NCBI GenBank assembly: GCA_963713605.1
Contig: CAVQMO010000001.1
Span: forward strand, 992,001-1,056,000
DNA from: an uncultured Nitrososphaerales archaeon
GTDB lineage: Archaea > Thermoproteota > Nitrososphaeria > Nitrososphaerales > Nitrososphaeraceae
Reading direction: 5' to 3'
Length of the DNA: 64,000 nt
Shown here: one piece after another, positions 54,558 through 64,000 of the stretch
Position numbering within the stretch: the stretch's first letter is position 1
Layout: each line of letters opens with the position of its first letter
Notes under the pieces: model-generated
What the model saw: the letters and a program-made list of their open reading frames with translations, nothing else
What the model was told of the DNA's origin: nothing
The model's database searches: none
Made by a program: the position numbers and the translations under genes

Positions 54558-55872
54558 TTATAGAAGCCGCTCAACTTTCTCAATAATAAAGCCTATGATG
54601 CTCATTAGGTACTCCAGATTTTTCCTGTCAATGGCGAGTGGAGGGATCAAAACTATTGTATTTCCCAATGGCCTCAAGTAAACCCCCGAATTTAGCGCGG
54701 TTTTGAAGATGAAAGAATCAACAGGTTCGCCCGTTTTCTTTCTTATTGCGTCTATCCCTCGTTTTGAAATGTCTAAACCAGCAAGCATTCCTTTGTGTCG
54801 CACATTGATCACAGCTGGAGAATTCTGAAACCCATACAATCTCTTCCTTATGTGTTTTGATTTCAAAGAAATATCCCGTATTAGACCTCTTTTTCTATAC
54901 AATTTCAAATTAGCAATTGCCGTAGCGCAACCGATTGGATGTCCGGAAAAAGTATGACCATGATAGAGTATAGCTTTTCTATCAAGGAACGATTTAAATA
55001 CTTCAGAATTCGTTAGAGTAACCGCTAATGGCGTGTAACCTGCAGTCAGGGCCTTACCGAAGCAGACGATATCTGGAATTGAATCTTGTTTCAAATATTC
55101 TATCATATTTCCAAGCCTACCGAATCCTGTGGCGATCTCGTCCAAAATGAGGAGAACCCCGTGCCTATTGGACAACTCGGCTATTTTCTTTTGATATCCT
55201 TGTGGATAAATTCTTATCCCACCTGCAATTTGGGCGCCGCTCTCCATTACTACAGCACAGGTCTTCGCAGAAACCTTCTTCAGACAAGATTCGGTTTCCT
55301 CAAGGATCTCATCTAACCCCGATACGGGCTCGCTCAACTTTAAGGAAGGACTAGGGAGTCGAGTCACCTTTGTCAATAGTGGTCTGTAGGCGGAAAAGTA
55401 TCGAGGGACATACCCCACAGACATCGCCCCAACTGTGTCACCATGATAACCATTTCGGAGGGAGACGAAATGTCTCTTTTCCGGCCTGCCCCGATTCTTA
55501 TAATATTGTATGGCCATCTTCATTGCAACTTCTACTGCAGTCGAACCGTTATCTGAATAGAAAACGTGCTCCATCCCTTTAGACAATCTTAATAATTCTA
55601 CTGAAAGTTCTATGGATGGTTTATTTGCTAGACTAAAAAGACTAGAATGTTGAAGCGTACTGATTTGGTTTTTCATTTCTCTGATGATTCTCTTTCTCTC
55701 CGTGACCCCAAACATTGCACCACATACTTGAAACACTGTCAAGGTATTGTCGACCTTCCGAATCTATAAGATGGAACCCCTTTCCTTTCGTTATTATCTT
55801 AGTCGTTGAGCTGTCCCACTGGTACATATCTGTATATGGATACCATATGTGATGCTTACTGGTAAGAGCCAT
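54558..55872 (-). CDS. bioA: Adenosylmethionine--8-amino-7-oxononanoate transaminase (frameshift near 55700)
   Basis: IWYPYT, SSMWCNVWGH, GSTAVE.A.K, YHGDT, DEIATGFGR, GKALT. Confidence 0.95.
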
Positions 55873-55909
55873 ATTGAAATAAAGCATACTTCATTGCTAT
55901 TAAATTTCT

Positions 55910-56591
55910 GTGAAGGGATTATTTGTCACTGGAACCGATACCAATATTGGAAAGACATTCATAGCCTGCACGATAACGAAGGTTCTAAAGGAAAACGGGG
56001 TTGACGTAGGAGTAATGAAACCATTTGCTACTTCTCATAAGCGATACTCTTCAACTTTCAGATCTGAGGATGCATGGAGACTTTCTCACGCTGCCGAAGG
56101 TAGTTGATCCCGATGAATTAATAAATCCTTATTTCTATCAAATTGGAACAGCTCCTTTCCTTGCGGCAACTATGAGCGGAAAGCCAACTCCCAACTTAGG
56201 TTTTGCAGTCAAGAAATTGCGAAGACTTTCAAGGCAACACGAGTTTCTTGTGGTGGAAGGAATTGGAGGGGTTATGGTGCCTATCTCTAAGAAGGAGACC
56301 ATTTTAGATTTTATCAAGATGGTTGGATTTCCTGCCATCATTGTGACGTCGCCCAAACTAGGTACTATAAACCATACACTACTCACATTCCAAGCTTGTA
56401 GTAATAGGAAAATTCGGGTATATGCAATAATCATCAATAAGAATCCCGAAAAAAAATCTAAGACGCAAGACTGCCTCCCATTGTTACTTTCTGCACTAAC
56501 GGGGGTAAAGAGGGTAATTGAAATCCCAAGAATTCGAAACGCTTATACTTTAAAAAACATTGAAAAATTAATTGCAACAGATTCTTTTTGA
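55910..56591 (+). CDS. bioD: Dethiobiotin synthase (frameshift near 56098)
   Basis: FVTGTDTNIGKT, KP, VEG.GG..VP, LGTINHTLL. Confidence 0.95.
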
Positions 56592-56619
56592 TTTTAACTA
56601 GTGATAAAATTAAGCGATA

Positions 56620-56657
56620 AATGATATCTTTCAAAACTCGATATTTGAAATATCATT
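56620..56657. repeat. AT-rich inverted repeat between convergent bioD and bioF
   Basis: AATGATA(TC)TTTCAAA ... TTTGAAATATCATT. Confidence 0.4.
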
Positions 56658-56858
56658 AGATGTTCGGATTTGATTTCCATGACTAAATTCGACCTGCGAT
56701 AATTTTTTGAGATTGGTTACTCGCATAAATCAATATCTTAATTGACAGTCATTATTTGAGCTCAAGCACTTCTGAACCTAACTAACTTAAACGCCTTCTA
56801 CCTATCCGTCCAGATATTTCTAATTTCGAATTCTGAAATATGGAATGAAAATATCTTT

Positions 56859-58058
56859 CTAGATCAATTTCAATCTGGCGGCTGCATATCTGATTGCATC
56901 TAGGACATTCCATATGTCAGCTAGTGTGTGCAAGGCTGAAATGCTAATCCTAATTCTCGACGTGCCCTTCTTGACTGTAGGAAATCTTATGGGTTGGATT
57001 AGGATACCTTTTTTTAACAATAAATTAGAAAACCTGATAGCATTTTTTTCAGGGCCAATCAAGATCGGGATGATTTGAGTCCTAGGCTGGTCAGCAATAA
57101 GACCCATCTTGCAAAGCTCTCCACCGAGAAGTTCTATATTTCGGAACAATTTATCCTGCAAATAACCCCTTCTTACAACCCCTATAGCTGTCATTGCTGA
57201 CACACACAGGTGGCTAGGGATAGATGATGTATATATAAATTGTCTAGATTTGTTTATCAATAGTTCTCGCATCCCTTTGGAGGTGGCAACGTATCCCCCA
57301 AAGCATCCCAACGCTTTGCTCAAGCTACTAATGTGAAAATCTACTCTCGAATTGACGCCAAAATAAGAGGGGATTCCTGAATAGGAACGATCTCTTGGAC
57401 TTCCAAATAAGAAATCACCATGAGCGTCGTCCACGATCACGATTGCATCATGTGAATGACAGATATCGCATATTTTTTTCAAATTTGCAAAATCTCCATC
57501 CATACTAAACACCCCTTCGGTGATCACAATCTTCCTGGGAGATCCCCTGAACCGTTCAATCTTCTGTTCAAGATCATGAATGTCATTGTGCCTAAAAATC
57601 CTGATTTCAGCACCACTTAATCGACATCCGTCTACTATGCTCGCGTGATTAAGCTCGTCACTAAAAATTACACAATCCTTACCCCCTAAAGCTGTAATGG
57701 TGCCAAGATTTGCCATATACCCCGTAGGAAACACCAATGCCGACTGTGTTTTGCGATGAATAGCTAGTACATCTTCTAGACGTTCCAATTCAGGTGTATT
57801 CCCAGTGATGAGCCTCGAGCTGCAGGGAGAAATCTGCCTTAGAGATTTCTTTGTTGTTTGCACTACTTCATTGTGTGTAGAGATACCTAGATAGTCATTG
57901 GAACAAAAGTTCAAAATGTTGTCTTGATAGTTATGTCTAATTCTTACTGACCCATTAAGACTATTATCTATATTTAAGCTTCGATAAAGGTCACAAGATC
58001 TTAGATAGTCAAGCTCTTTTTTCACAAAATCGTAATGGTTACCTTCGGTTGATACCAA
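56859..58058 (-). CDS. bioF: 8-amino-7-oxononanoate synthase
   Basis: NFCSNDYLG, GYMAN, NHASI.DG, FSMDGD, DDAH, SLSKALG, PTV..G..RIR; in the bio cluster. Confidence 0.93.
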   Translation of the reverse strand: MVSTEGNHYDFVKKELDYLRSCDLYRSLNIDNSLNGSVRIRHNYQDNILNFCSNDYLGISTHNEVVQTTKKSLRQISPCSSRLITGNTPELERLEDVLAIHRKTQSALVFPTGYMANLGTITALGGKDCVIFSDELNHASIVDGCRLSGAEIRIFRHNDIHDLEQKIERFRGSPRKIVITEGVFSMDGDFANLKKICDICHSHDAIVIVDDAHGDFLFGSPRDRSYSGIPSYFGVNSRVDFHISSLSKALGCFGGYVATSKGMRELLINKSRQFIYTSSIPSHLCVSAMTAIGVVRRGYLQDKLFRNIELLGGELCKMGLIADQPRTQIIPILIGPEKNAIRFSNLLLKKGILIQPIRFPTVKKGTSRIRISISALHTLADIWNVLDAIRYAAARLKLI

Positions 58059-59016
58059 TATCCTGAATCATTTGCATATCCCTACTTGGATCGTTACCAT
58101 TTGTAGTCAAATATCCTCCCGTAATTATGCCGTTCGCTCCCGCCCTTAAGGCCAAATTGTCGTCATCCCTAAAATATACTTCCCTCCCAGCAGCAATCTT
58201 GATAATCGGGGTTGGCATTAAGAATCTCCATACGGCGATTGTCTTGATTGCATCTATAGGACTAACTCCATGAAGGCTTTCAAAAGGAGTTCCTGACTTA
58301 GGTATTAGAATATTTATTGGCACCTCGTTAGGTGATAAATCTCTAATAGAATATCCAAGCTCTAATCTCTGAATAGTGGTTTCGCCCATACCTATAATTC
58401 CGCCACAACATAGCTCGAGGCCTGCATCTTTAACTATGCGCGCTGTTTTCACTCTATCTGAAAAATCGTGAGTCCTACAAATTTGAGAAAAATATGTTTC
58501 AGATGTTTCTAGGTTGTGATTATATCTCTTTACCCCGATCATTTTCAAACGTTTAGCTCGTTCCTTCGTCATGAAACCCAAAGAAACATTTACATCAATC
58601 TCTAAATACTTCTTTATATGTTCTATTATTTCACATATATAATTGAAATCGCTTTCAGGTGGCGATCTATATGCGCATACTAAACAAAAGCTATTTGCAC
58701 CAGATTCCTTGGCCTTTTGGGCGCGTCCTAATATCGTCTCTTTTGAAAGTAACGGATACTTTTCTATTTTGCTTTCATAAAAAGATGATTGAGCACAGAA
58801 AGAACAGTCCTCCGGACAACTGCCAGACTTTGCATTAAGTAGCATTTCGACGTCTATCAGATCCTCACTAAAATTTCGAGCTATTCTATTTGCAGTTTCT
58901 GCTAAAATTTGGACGTCGGTAGTATTGAAGAGTCGCTCAGCTTCTGGAAGCCGTATTTCAGCCCCTGAATTGACTTTATTCTCCATTTTAGCTATGAACT
59001 CCCCGTCCTCCACCAT
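58039..59016 (-). CDS. bioB: Biotin synthase (radical SAM)
   Basis: NAKSGSCPEDCSFCAQS, YNHNLET, GGIIGMGE, VPIN, GYLTT. Confidence 0.96.
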   Translation of the reverse strand: MVEDGEFIAKMENKVNSGAEIRLPEAERLFNTTDVQILAETANRIARNFSEDLIDVEMLLNAKSGSCPEDCSFCAQSSFYESKIEKYPLLSKETILGRAQKAKESGANSFCLVCAYRSPPESDFNYICEIIEHIKKYLEIDVNVSLGFMTKERAKRLKMIGVKRYNHNLETSETYFSQICRTHDFSDRVKTARIVKDAGLELCCGGIIGMGETTIQRLELGYSIRDLSPNEVPINILIPKSGTPFESLHGVSPIDAIKTIAVWRFLMPTPIIKIAAGREVYFRDDDNLALRAGANGIITGGYLTTNGNDPSRDMQMIQDIGINRR

Positions 59017-59134
59017 TAATATATGGGAGAATACTAAATCATATAATTAACTTTCGGATTCATATGTACAAATCAAGAGCTTTCACAATACGAAATTTGA
59101 AATATTTTAATAATTTTCTATTGTAGAGAATTCA

Positions 59135-59460
59135 ATGAAGGAAATTATTCTGGATATTAAACTCTCAGAAAATGAATATGCTGAAATATCTAAATACCTC
59201 AAACTGCTACCAGCCCCCGTGTTACTGTTCGGGTTAAGATTTGCTTATAAAAGATATATGGCTATCTCTGGAGGCTACTTGTTTCCTGGGAGAAAGAGTA
59301 TCGTTAAAAGAGAAACCCACTTGATAACCAGAGTACAGGCTAAACGTCGACTTAAAAATTGGAAGTCAATGATAAGAATATATCGAGAGAAGAGGCTATC
59401 AGCTATCCAACTATTTCAAGGATAAAGAAACAGTTAATCAAGATTACCTTAGACAATTGA
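59135..59460 (+). CDS. Basic hypothetical protein with HTH-like C-terminus (frameshift near 59395), divergent from bioB
   Basis: ORF 59135-59425; shifted frame reads SYPTISRIKKQL...DN to TGA 59458-59460. Confidence 0.65.
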
Positions 59461-59530
59461 GCTGCGATTTCATCTCAATCTTGTTAAGAACACTTACAAT
59501 TCAATCACTAGACCTTGATTGTATTTCGAA

Positions 59531-60493
59531 CTAGATCCCTCTCTGTGCTACAGGGAATTGCCCACAGAGTTGGCAGTAATTTGAAAGAAAGGAAACACAA
59601 TTTCTACAACCAGAACAGGTCAATTCTGGACAGTCATACCTGTCCTTAAGGGAAAAATTGCGAGCGAAACTTTTAAAGTAGTATAGGTGTTCTTTATCTC
59701 TTACAACTACACCTTTGTCCTTTGCCACGCGGGCCTCTTCGACAAACGAAAAATCATTGCAGTTATTTTCAATAATTTCTCTTATTCTCGTAATGCCAGC
59801 CCCTTCCTCCTGTGCCTGTTTCATTCTCCAACAAATCTCTTCTCCTAGTTCATCTCGAAAACAGTGCCGCAAGGCCAATTTACCCCAAACCATGTTTCTA
59901 TAGAATCCGACCAGTTCTGAGATCGGAATCAATTCTGCTACACGAACTACTTTTTCATTAAGAAAAGGCGCAATGATTTTCACCTTCAGACTCTCCCCTA
60001 GGCTAAATGCTGGGAAGGTCATAATTGCTCTTAAACGTAAAATTTCACTTTCGAGACGTGATGGGTTATCTAAATATCTTTTCAGAAAATTGTAACCAGC
60101 AAATAATTCGTCACCACCGTCACCAGTATAGACACAGTTAAATCCATTAGAATTAGCCACCTCCAAAGCGGCGTATGGAACAACAGAGTTCCGAATTGTT
60201 ATCGGGTCAAATGTTTTTAATGCGACAATGACTTTATCAATCAATCCTAGCACTTCCTGAGTTGAGAGGATTCTCTTTAACTTCTTTCTGACAAATTTGA
60301 GAGCCGCTGCATCAGCATATTTCAAGTCAGGCGCTTCAGAGCCGAATCCAATTGTAATGGAGTACTCGGGCTTACGAATGGCCGTTATGATAGCACTATC
60401 TAGTCCACCTGAGAGTAGGACCGTGTCACAAACTTCATCCCAAATGGAATAGCGAACTGAATCCTTTAACCTTCTGCATTGCATATCCTTCAA
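59531..60493 (-). CDS. Asparagine synthase C-terminal-like ATP pyrophosphatase with C-terminal Cys cluster
   Basis: LSGGLDS, TGDGGDELFAGY, PFL, GKLALR; no amidotransferase domain; CSGC...CQLCG. Confidence 0.85.
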   Translation of the reverse strand: MKDMQCRRLKDSVRYSIWDEVCDTVLLSGGLDSAIITAIRKPEYSITIGFGSEAPDLKYADAAALKFVRKKLKRILSTQEVLGLIDKVIVALKTFDPITIRNSVVPYAALEVANSNGFNCVYTGDGGDELFAGYNFLKRYLDNPSRLESEILRLRAIMTFPAFSLGESLKVKIIAPFLNEKVVRVAELIPISELVGFYRNMVWGKLALRHCFRDELGEEICWRMKQAQEEGAGITRIREIIENNCNDFSFVEEARVAKDKGVVVRDKEHLYYFKSFARNFSLKDRYDCPELTCSGCRNCVSFLSNYCQLCGQFPVAQRGI

Positions 60494-60593
60494 TTGTTAC
60501 AGAATAGGTTGACAGTCACTATATCATTTATTCGAAGTTAGCAATGAAAATCTCTTCCCGAAGTGGATTCGGCGTCATCATTTTATCATTTGA

Positions 60594-60917
60594 TTAGCTC
60601 ACATTACTGTAGACATGATCTCGAGATTTGGGAGAATTTTGTTCGTTTTCAAAGTCTAGAATTTCAGGAACCGAGGGAAGCATCAACACCATCTGTTCAT
60701 ATTTTCTAAGATAGAAAACACCTGATTCAGTCGTTTTATACAGTCCAGTTGTTTCAGAATATTCAATCAGTCCCTTTTCTATTCCAACGGCCAGATACCT
60801 TATTAGTTGTGAGTGTGAAATTGCAGCAGTATTCATTATGCTTGTCTTATATTCCCAACTGCTAGTTGCAGAGCGGAGAATTGAAGCCATAACTTCAATA
60901 TCAGAGCGGTTCTTCAT
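60594..60917 (-). CDS. Winged helix-turn-helix protein
   Basis: NRS.IE.MA.IL, KT.IM, YL...GLI, YKTTE.G pattern. Confidence 0.8.
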   Translation of the reverse strand: MKNRSDIEVMASILRSATSSWEYKTSIMNTAAISHSQLIRYLAVGIEKGLIEYSETTGLYKTTESGVFYLRKYEQMVLMLPSVPEILDFENEQNSPKSRDHVYSNVS

Positions 60918-61158
60918 TGGTATCCGATTTATGAATTGACGTAAGAGAATAAAAAATGGTTTGACAAATTATAACGACAATATGTTTGGATATTTCTTAC
61001 GTTTTTGAGATCTCCCTGTCTCACGCGTCTATAGAGTTTGGTCATGCATCACGAAAATTGGATACTGTGACAATTTTCCAGATTTTAAGGGCTTTACATT
61101 CCAAATCAATGAAGAATGAGAAATACAATTTATATGAACTTCAAATGAATTCAAATTC

Positions 61159-62497
61159 ATGAAAAAGAATGCGATAAAGAAATGCATTAACCCAAAATGT
61201 GGAAAAACTTTCAATATAGTAAGCGAAGCCTATTCATGTTCTTGCAATTCTTTGTTAGATGTTACCTACCTTGACAGACCGAAAAAGGAGTTAATAGAAA
61301 TATTCTATTCACGAAGGAATCACGGTGGAAACATATACAATGAAAGCGGGGTATGGCGTTTTCGCGATCTTGTTAATTTTCTCGGAATTGATACAGAAGA
61401 TTTGAATGAATGCGCAAAAATACTTGTATCTCTCGACGGGGCAGAAGGGAGACTCTCAAAACCATATCGGATGAGTAAAGTTGCAGAATACGTCAACTTG
61501 AAACAGGACTGCCTCTTACTACAGCCAGAGGGCTACAATCCGAGCGGATCATTTAAGGACAATGGCATGTCTACTGCAATAACACACGCGAAAGCTACTG
61601 GCGTGAACAAGATTATCTGTGCATCGACCGGAAATACCTCTGCTTCGGCAGGCAATGTACGCGGCCAACGAAAATATGAGATGTGAGGTTTTTATCCCAA
61701 AAGGAGAAATTGCTGCTGGAAAACTGGGCCAGGCGTTCCAATTTGGTGCCCAAGTAATTCAGGTAGAAGGAAACTTTGATGATGCTCTCAATCAATCGTT
61801 GGCAAAGGTAAATCTCCACAATGGATACACTGTGAATTCTGTGAATCCTTTTAGGTTGGAAGGGCAAAAGACAATAGTATACAGGATTTTAGAGAACCTA
61901 GATTGGAACCCTCCGGACTGGCTAGTATATCCTGGTGGAGCGCTGGGAAATACCGCTAGTTGTGGAAAATGCTTGATGGAGTTATATGATTGGGGATGGA
62001 TTAAGAAGATCCCTCGGATAGTTATTGTGAATTCAAACGGTGCAAATACGTTCTATGAACTAGCAAATGGCAAATTTGAAGGTCAAAAACTTACCTGGAA
62101 TGCTGGAAATTTCGACACCAGTCTATTGAAGAGGTACTATTTCTACAAGGATAGCAAGGGAATACTGCCTAAAACTAGGGCTACGGCGATACAAATTGGA
62201 AAACCGGCAAACATCGCTAAGGCTCTTCGAACGATAGAATTCACAAATGGACTAGTAGTACAAGTCGATGACAGGGAGATGAGTCATGGTATGGCAGTAG
62301 TAGGTCTGAATGGGTTTGACTGTGAAATGGCATCTGGCGCTGTCCCTGCAGGCATCAAATCATTAAGAGAACAAGAGGTGATAAAAAAGGACGATATTGC
62401 CGTAGGGGTGCTAACCGGGAGGCAGAAGGACCCAGCGTTGGCGGTAGAATACCACTCAGACCCAAAAAATAAGTTCGCGAGGCCCCCAATTGTTTAA
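61159..62497 (+). CDS. thrC: Threonine synthase (frameshift near 61652)
   Basis: N-terminal Zn ribbon, [44 protein letters not shown]. Confidence 0.93.
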
Positions 62498-62566
62498 ATC
62501 CATTAAGGCCAACTCCGTTCAATCACAAGTTTGACAGTTCTATGAGCGGATGAGCAGTTACCAAAA

Positions 62567-63494
62567 TCAGCTAATGACCAATATTGTTCCAGTAATCCGA
62601 GCAAGAACCAGAGTCGAATGCATAGCGTCTAACAATCCTTCCGGAACTGCCTTCTTCATCCCTTTTATTGCTTTTAATAAGTAAGGTACCGAAATGAAGG
62701 AGAACAATGAGTAGATTACAACCAGATTTAACGCAAACCCTAGAATGATCAACAAGTAAGGTGATATGAGAAGAATAGGATACAATTTTCGTGCCTGTTC
62801 TTTTCCAAGGCTAATTGCAAGCGTCTTTCTTCCCTTTGACTTATCTGCATCAAAGTCTGGGAAAGACGTTACGAACAGGACACAGCCTGACAGCACTCCC
62901 AATATCATGCCGTTATAAAAAGGAATGAATTCAATCGAATTTGTCAGGACGTAATAGGTGCCAAATACGATAAGAGCACCCTTGATGGCAACAAAAGTTT
63001 CCCCGAGTCCCCAATAAACTAGTCTACTGGAATAGGTGTAAACTGAAAAGACAGACTATTCCTAGAATTACTCCCACTATTGGACCTCTCAATAGAATGA
63101 AGTAAATCCCTATAAGAGATCCGACAACGAGGAATAATAAACCAATAACGTAAACATGCTTTGCCTTAAGAAGACCGCTGGGCAATACTCCTGTACCACC
63201 ACTAAATTTTGTTCGTTTTGTGATTTTGTCTATTCCTTTTACATAGTCCCAATAGTCATTCAACAAGTCTATGCTAAAATGTAAAAATGCTACGCCGACT
63301 AGAATGAGTATAGTGAACGAAATGTTAACCTGGGCTGTCTCATAGTAGACTATAGATACTCCTAAAAGAACTGCTATGATCGATGATAATACAAACCTTA
63401 GTCTTACCACTCTAGACCATGCGTACAAAGAATTCCTAATTTCCATCTCTTTATTGTTTTCACCGAGCCCTTCATTCTTATCGCTAACTTTCAC
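62567..63494 (-). CDS. UbiA/MenA-family prenyltransferase (frameshift near 63055)
   Basis: NDYWD...GID, SGG.G, PDFDADK.KGRKTL; multi-TM. Confidence 0.87.
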
Positions 63495-63544
63495 AAATAT
63501 AAAATAGTGATCACAAAGTAATTGTGATCAAGAGTATAGACATT

Positions 63545-64000
63545 ATGAATTTGGACCTGGCTCATTTGAAGGTCGCCATTGGCGGGTGCGTTTTTGGAAG
63601 GGAGATTAGGAATTTTAAGGAAATTTCTTCAACCCAAGACTACGCTATCACAATTGCCGAAACAGCCCCCTATTGTCATGGTATGGTCGTCATATCAGAA
63701 TCTCAATTATTTGGACGTGGTAGGAAAGGTAAGAGATGGCTATCACCAACTGGAGGGTTATGGTTCTCAGTAATAATCAAGTCTGGCATAAAGACTAGTT
63801 CCAGCATATACCTGTCTTATGCAATGTCGTTGGCAGTGTGTGAAATTTTGGCAAATAATTTCAACGTAGAGGCATGCATTAAGTGGCCCAATGATGTTCT
63901 TATTAGGACACGGAAAGTGGCCGGTATTCTCATAAGCTCGGCGGTTCGTGGCGAGGACTTGGAATACTGTGTTGTGGGAGCCGGAATAAATTTGAATTCA
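63545..64000 (+). CDS. birA: Biotin--[acetyl-CoA-carboxylase] ligase without N-terminal HTH (truncated by window end; absent from the ORF track)
   Basis: Manual translation: SSTQD, Q..GRGRKGKRWLSP.GGL.FS, KWPND, KVAGIL, GAGIN. Confidence 0.95.
   Translation, partial: MNLDLAHLKVAIGGCVFGREIRNFKEISSTQDYAITIAETAPYCHGMVVISESQLFGRGRKGKRWLSPTGGLWFSVIIKSGIKTSSSIYLSYAMSLAVCEILANNFNVEACIKWPNDVLIRTRKVAGILISSAVRGEDLEYCVVGAGINLNS

Noticed and set aside
56592..56858. Second recombination site defining an invertible resolvase-bioA-bioD segment
   Set aside because: Only short TTCTGAA matches and AT-rich hairpins; no convincing copy of the 34-bp site
53289..59016. tRNA-Asn-anchored genomic island carrying the biotin genes
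   Set aside because: The resolvase and bio genes lie on the 5' side of the tRNA, and I found no duplicated tRNA end (att) and no integrase or transposase
60540..60590. C/D-box sRNA on the minus strand (ATGATGA plus a small hairpin)
   Set aside because: No CTGA D box at a suitable distance
2478..63494. Programmed frameshifting, stop-codon recoding or mass pseudogenisation
   Set aside because: The apparent stops (rps3 TAA, purL TGA) vanish on removing one base. Sites share no slippery sequence, purK needs several independent repairs and essential genes are hit, which points to random sequencing indels.
533..63773. Numerous antisense or overlapping ORFs in the track (e.g. 533-1048, 1657-2088, 46343-46798, 54038-54583, 63579-63773)
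   Set aside because: They are shadows of well-supported genes on the other strand or frame and have no motifs of their own
1..64000. CRISPR array, rRNA, prophage or defence island
   Set aside because: No regularly spaced repeats, rRNA signatures, or viral/defence genes were recognised

Overview
Archaeal chromosomal DNA, almost certainly from an ammonia-oxidising archaeon (Nitrososphaerota/Thaumarchaeota, Nitrososphaerales-like). The evidence is a Ser-type thaumarchaeosortase, a Cys-type Thi4, cofE plus two LLM oxidoreductases, proteasome alpha, SRP19, Gar1, PINA ATPase, BHB-type tRNA introns and an S10/spc ribosomal cluster lacking rpl2. The window is mostly core genome: thiamine, cysteine/serine, pyrimidine, purine and biotin biosynthesis, ProRS, a 14-gene ribosomal protein block (plus rnp1) and four tRNAs (Asp, Lys, Thr, Asn). 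Three tRNAs carry introns, two at non-canonical positions. About 25 genes, including essential ones, are split by single-base indels. I read these as long-read consensus errors rather than pseudogenes or recoding, and joined coordinates are my manual reconstructions. No CRISPR array, rRNA or intact transposon was seen. The best candidate for an undescribed system is a stand-alone serine resolvase between tRNA-Asn and the biotin genes, preceded by a stack of related palindromes that looks like a res/dif-like recombination site. Weaker candidates are a TusA/cysteine synthase/TrxB sulfur relay, a possible biotin regulator, a shared thiamine-promoter palindrome, an atypical tRNA-Thr and a C/D-box sRNA. 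All product calls come from recognised motifs, with no database search.
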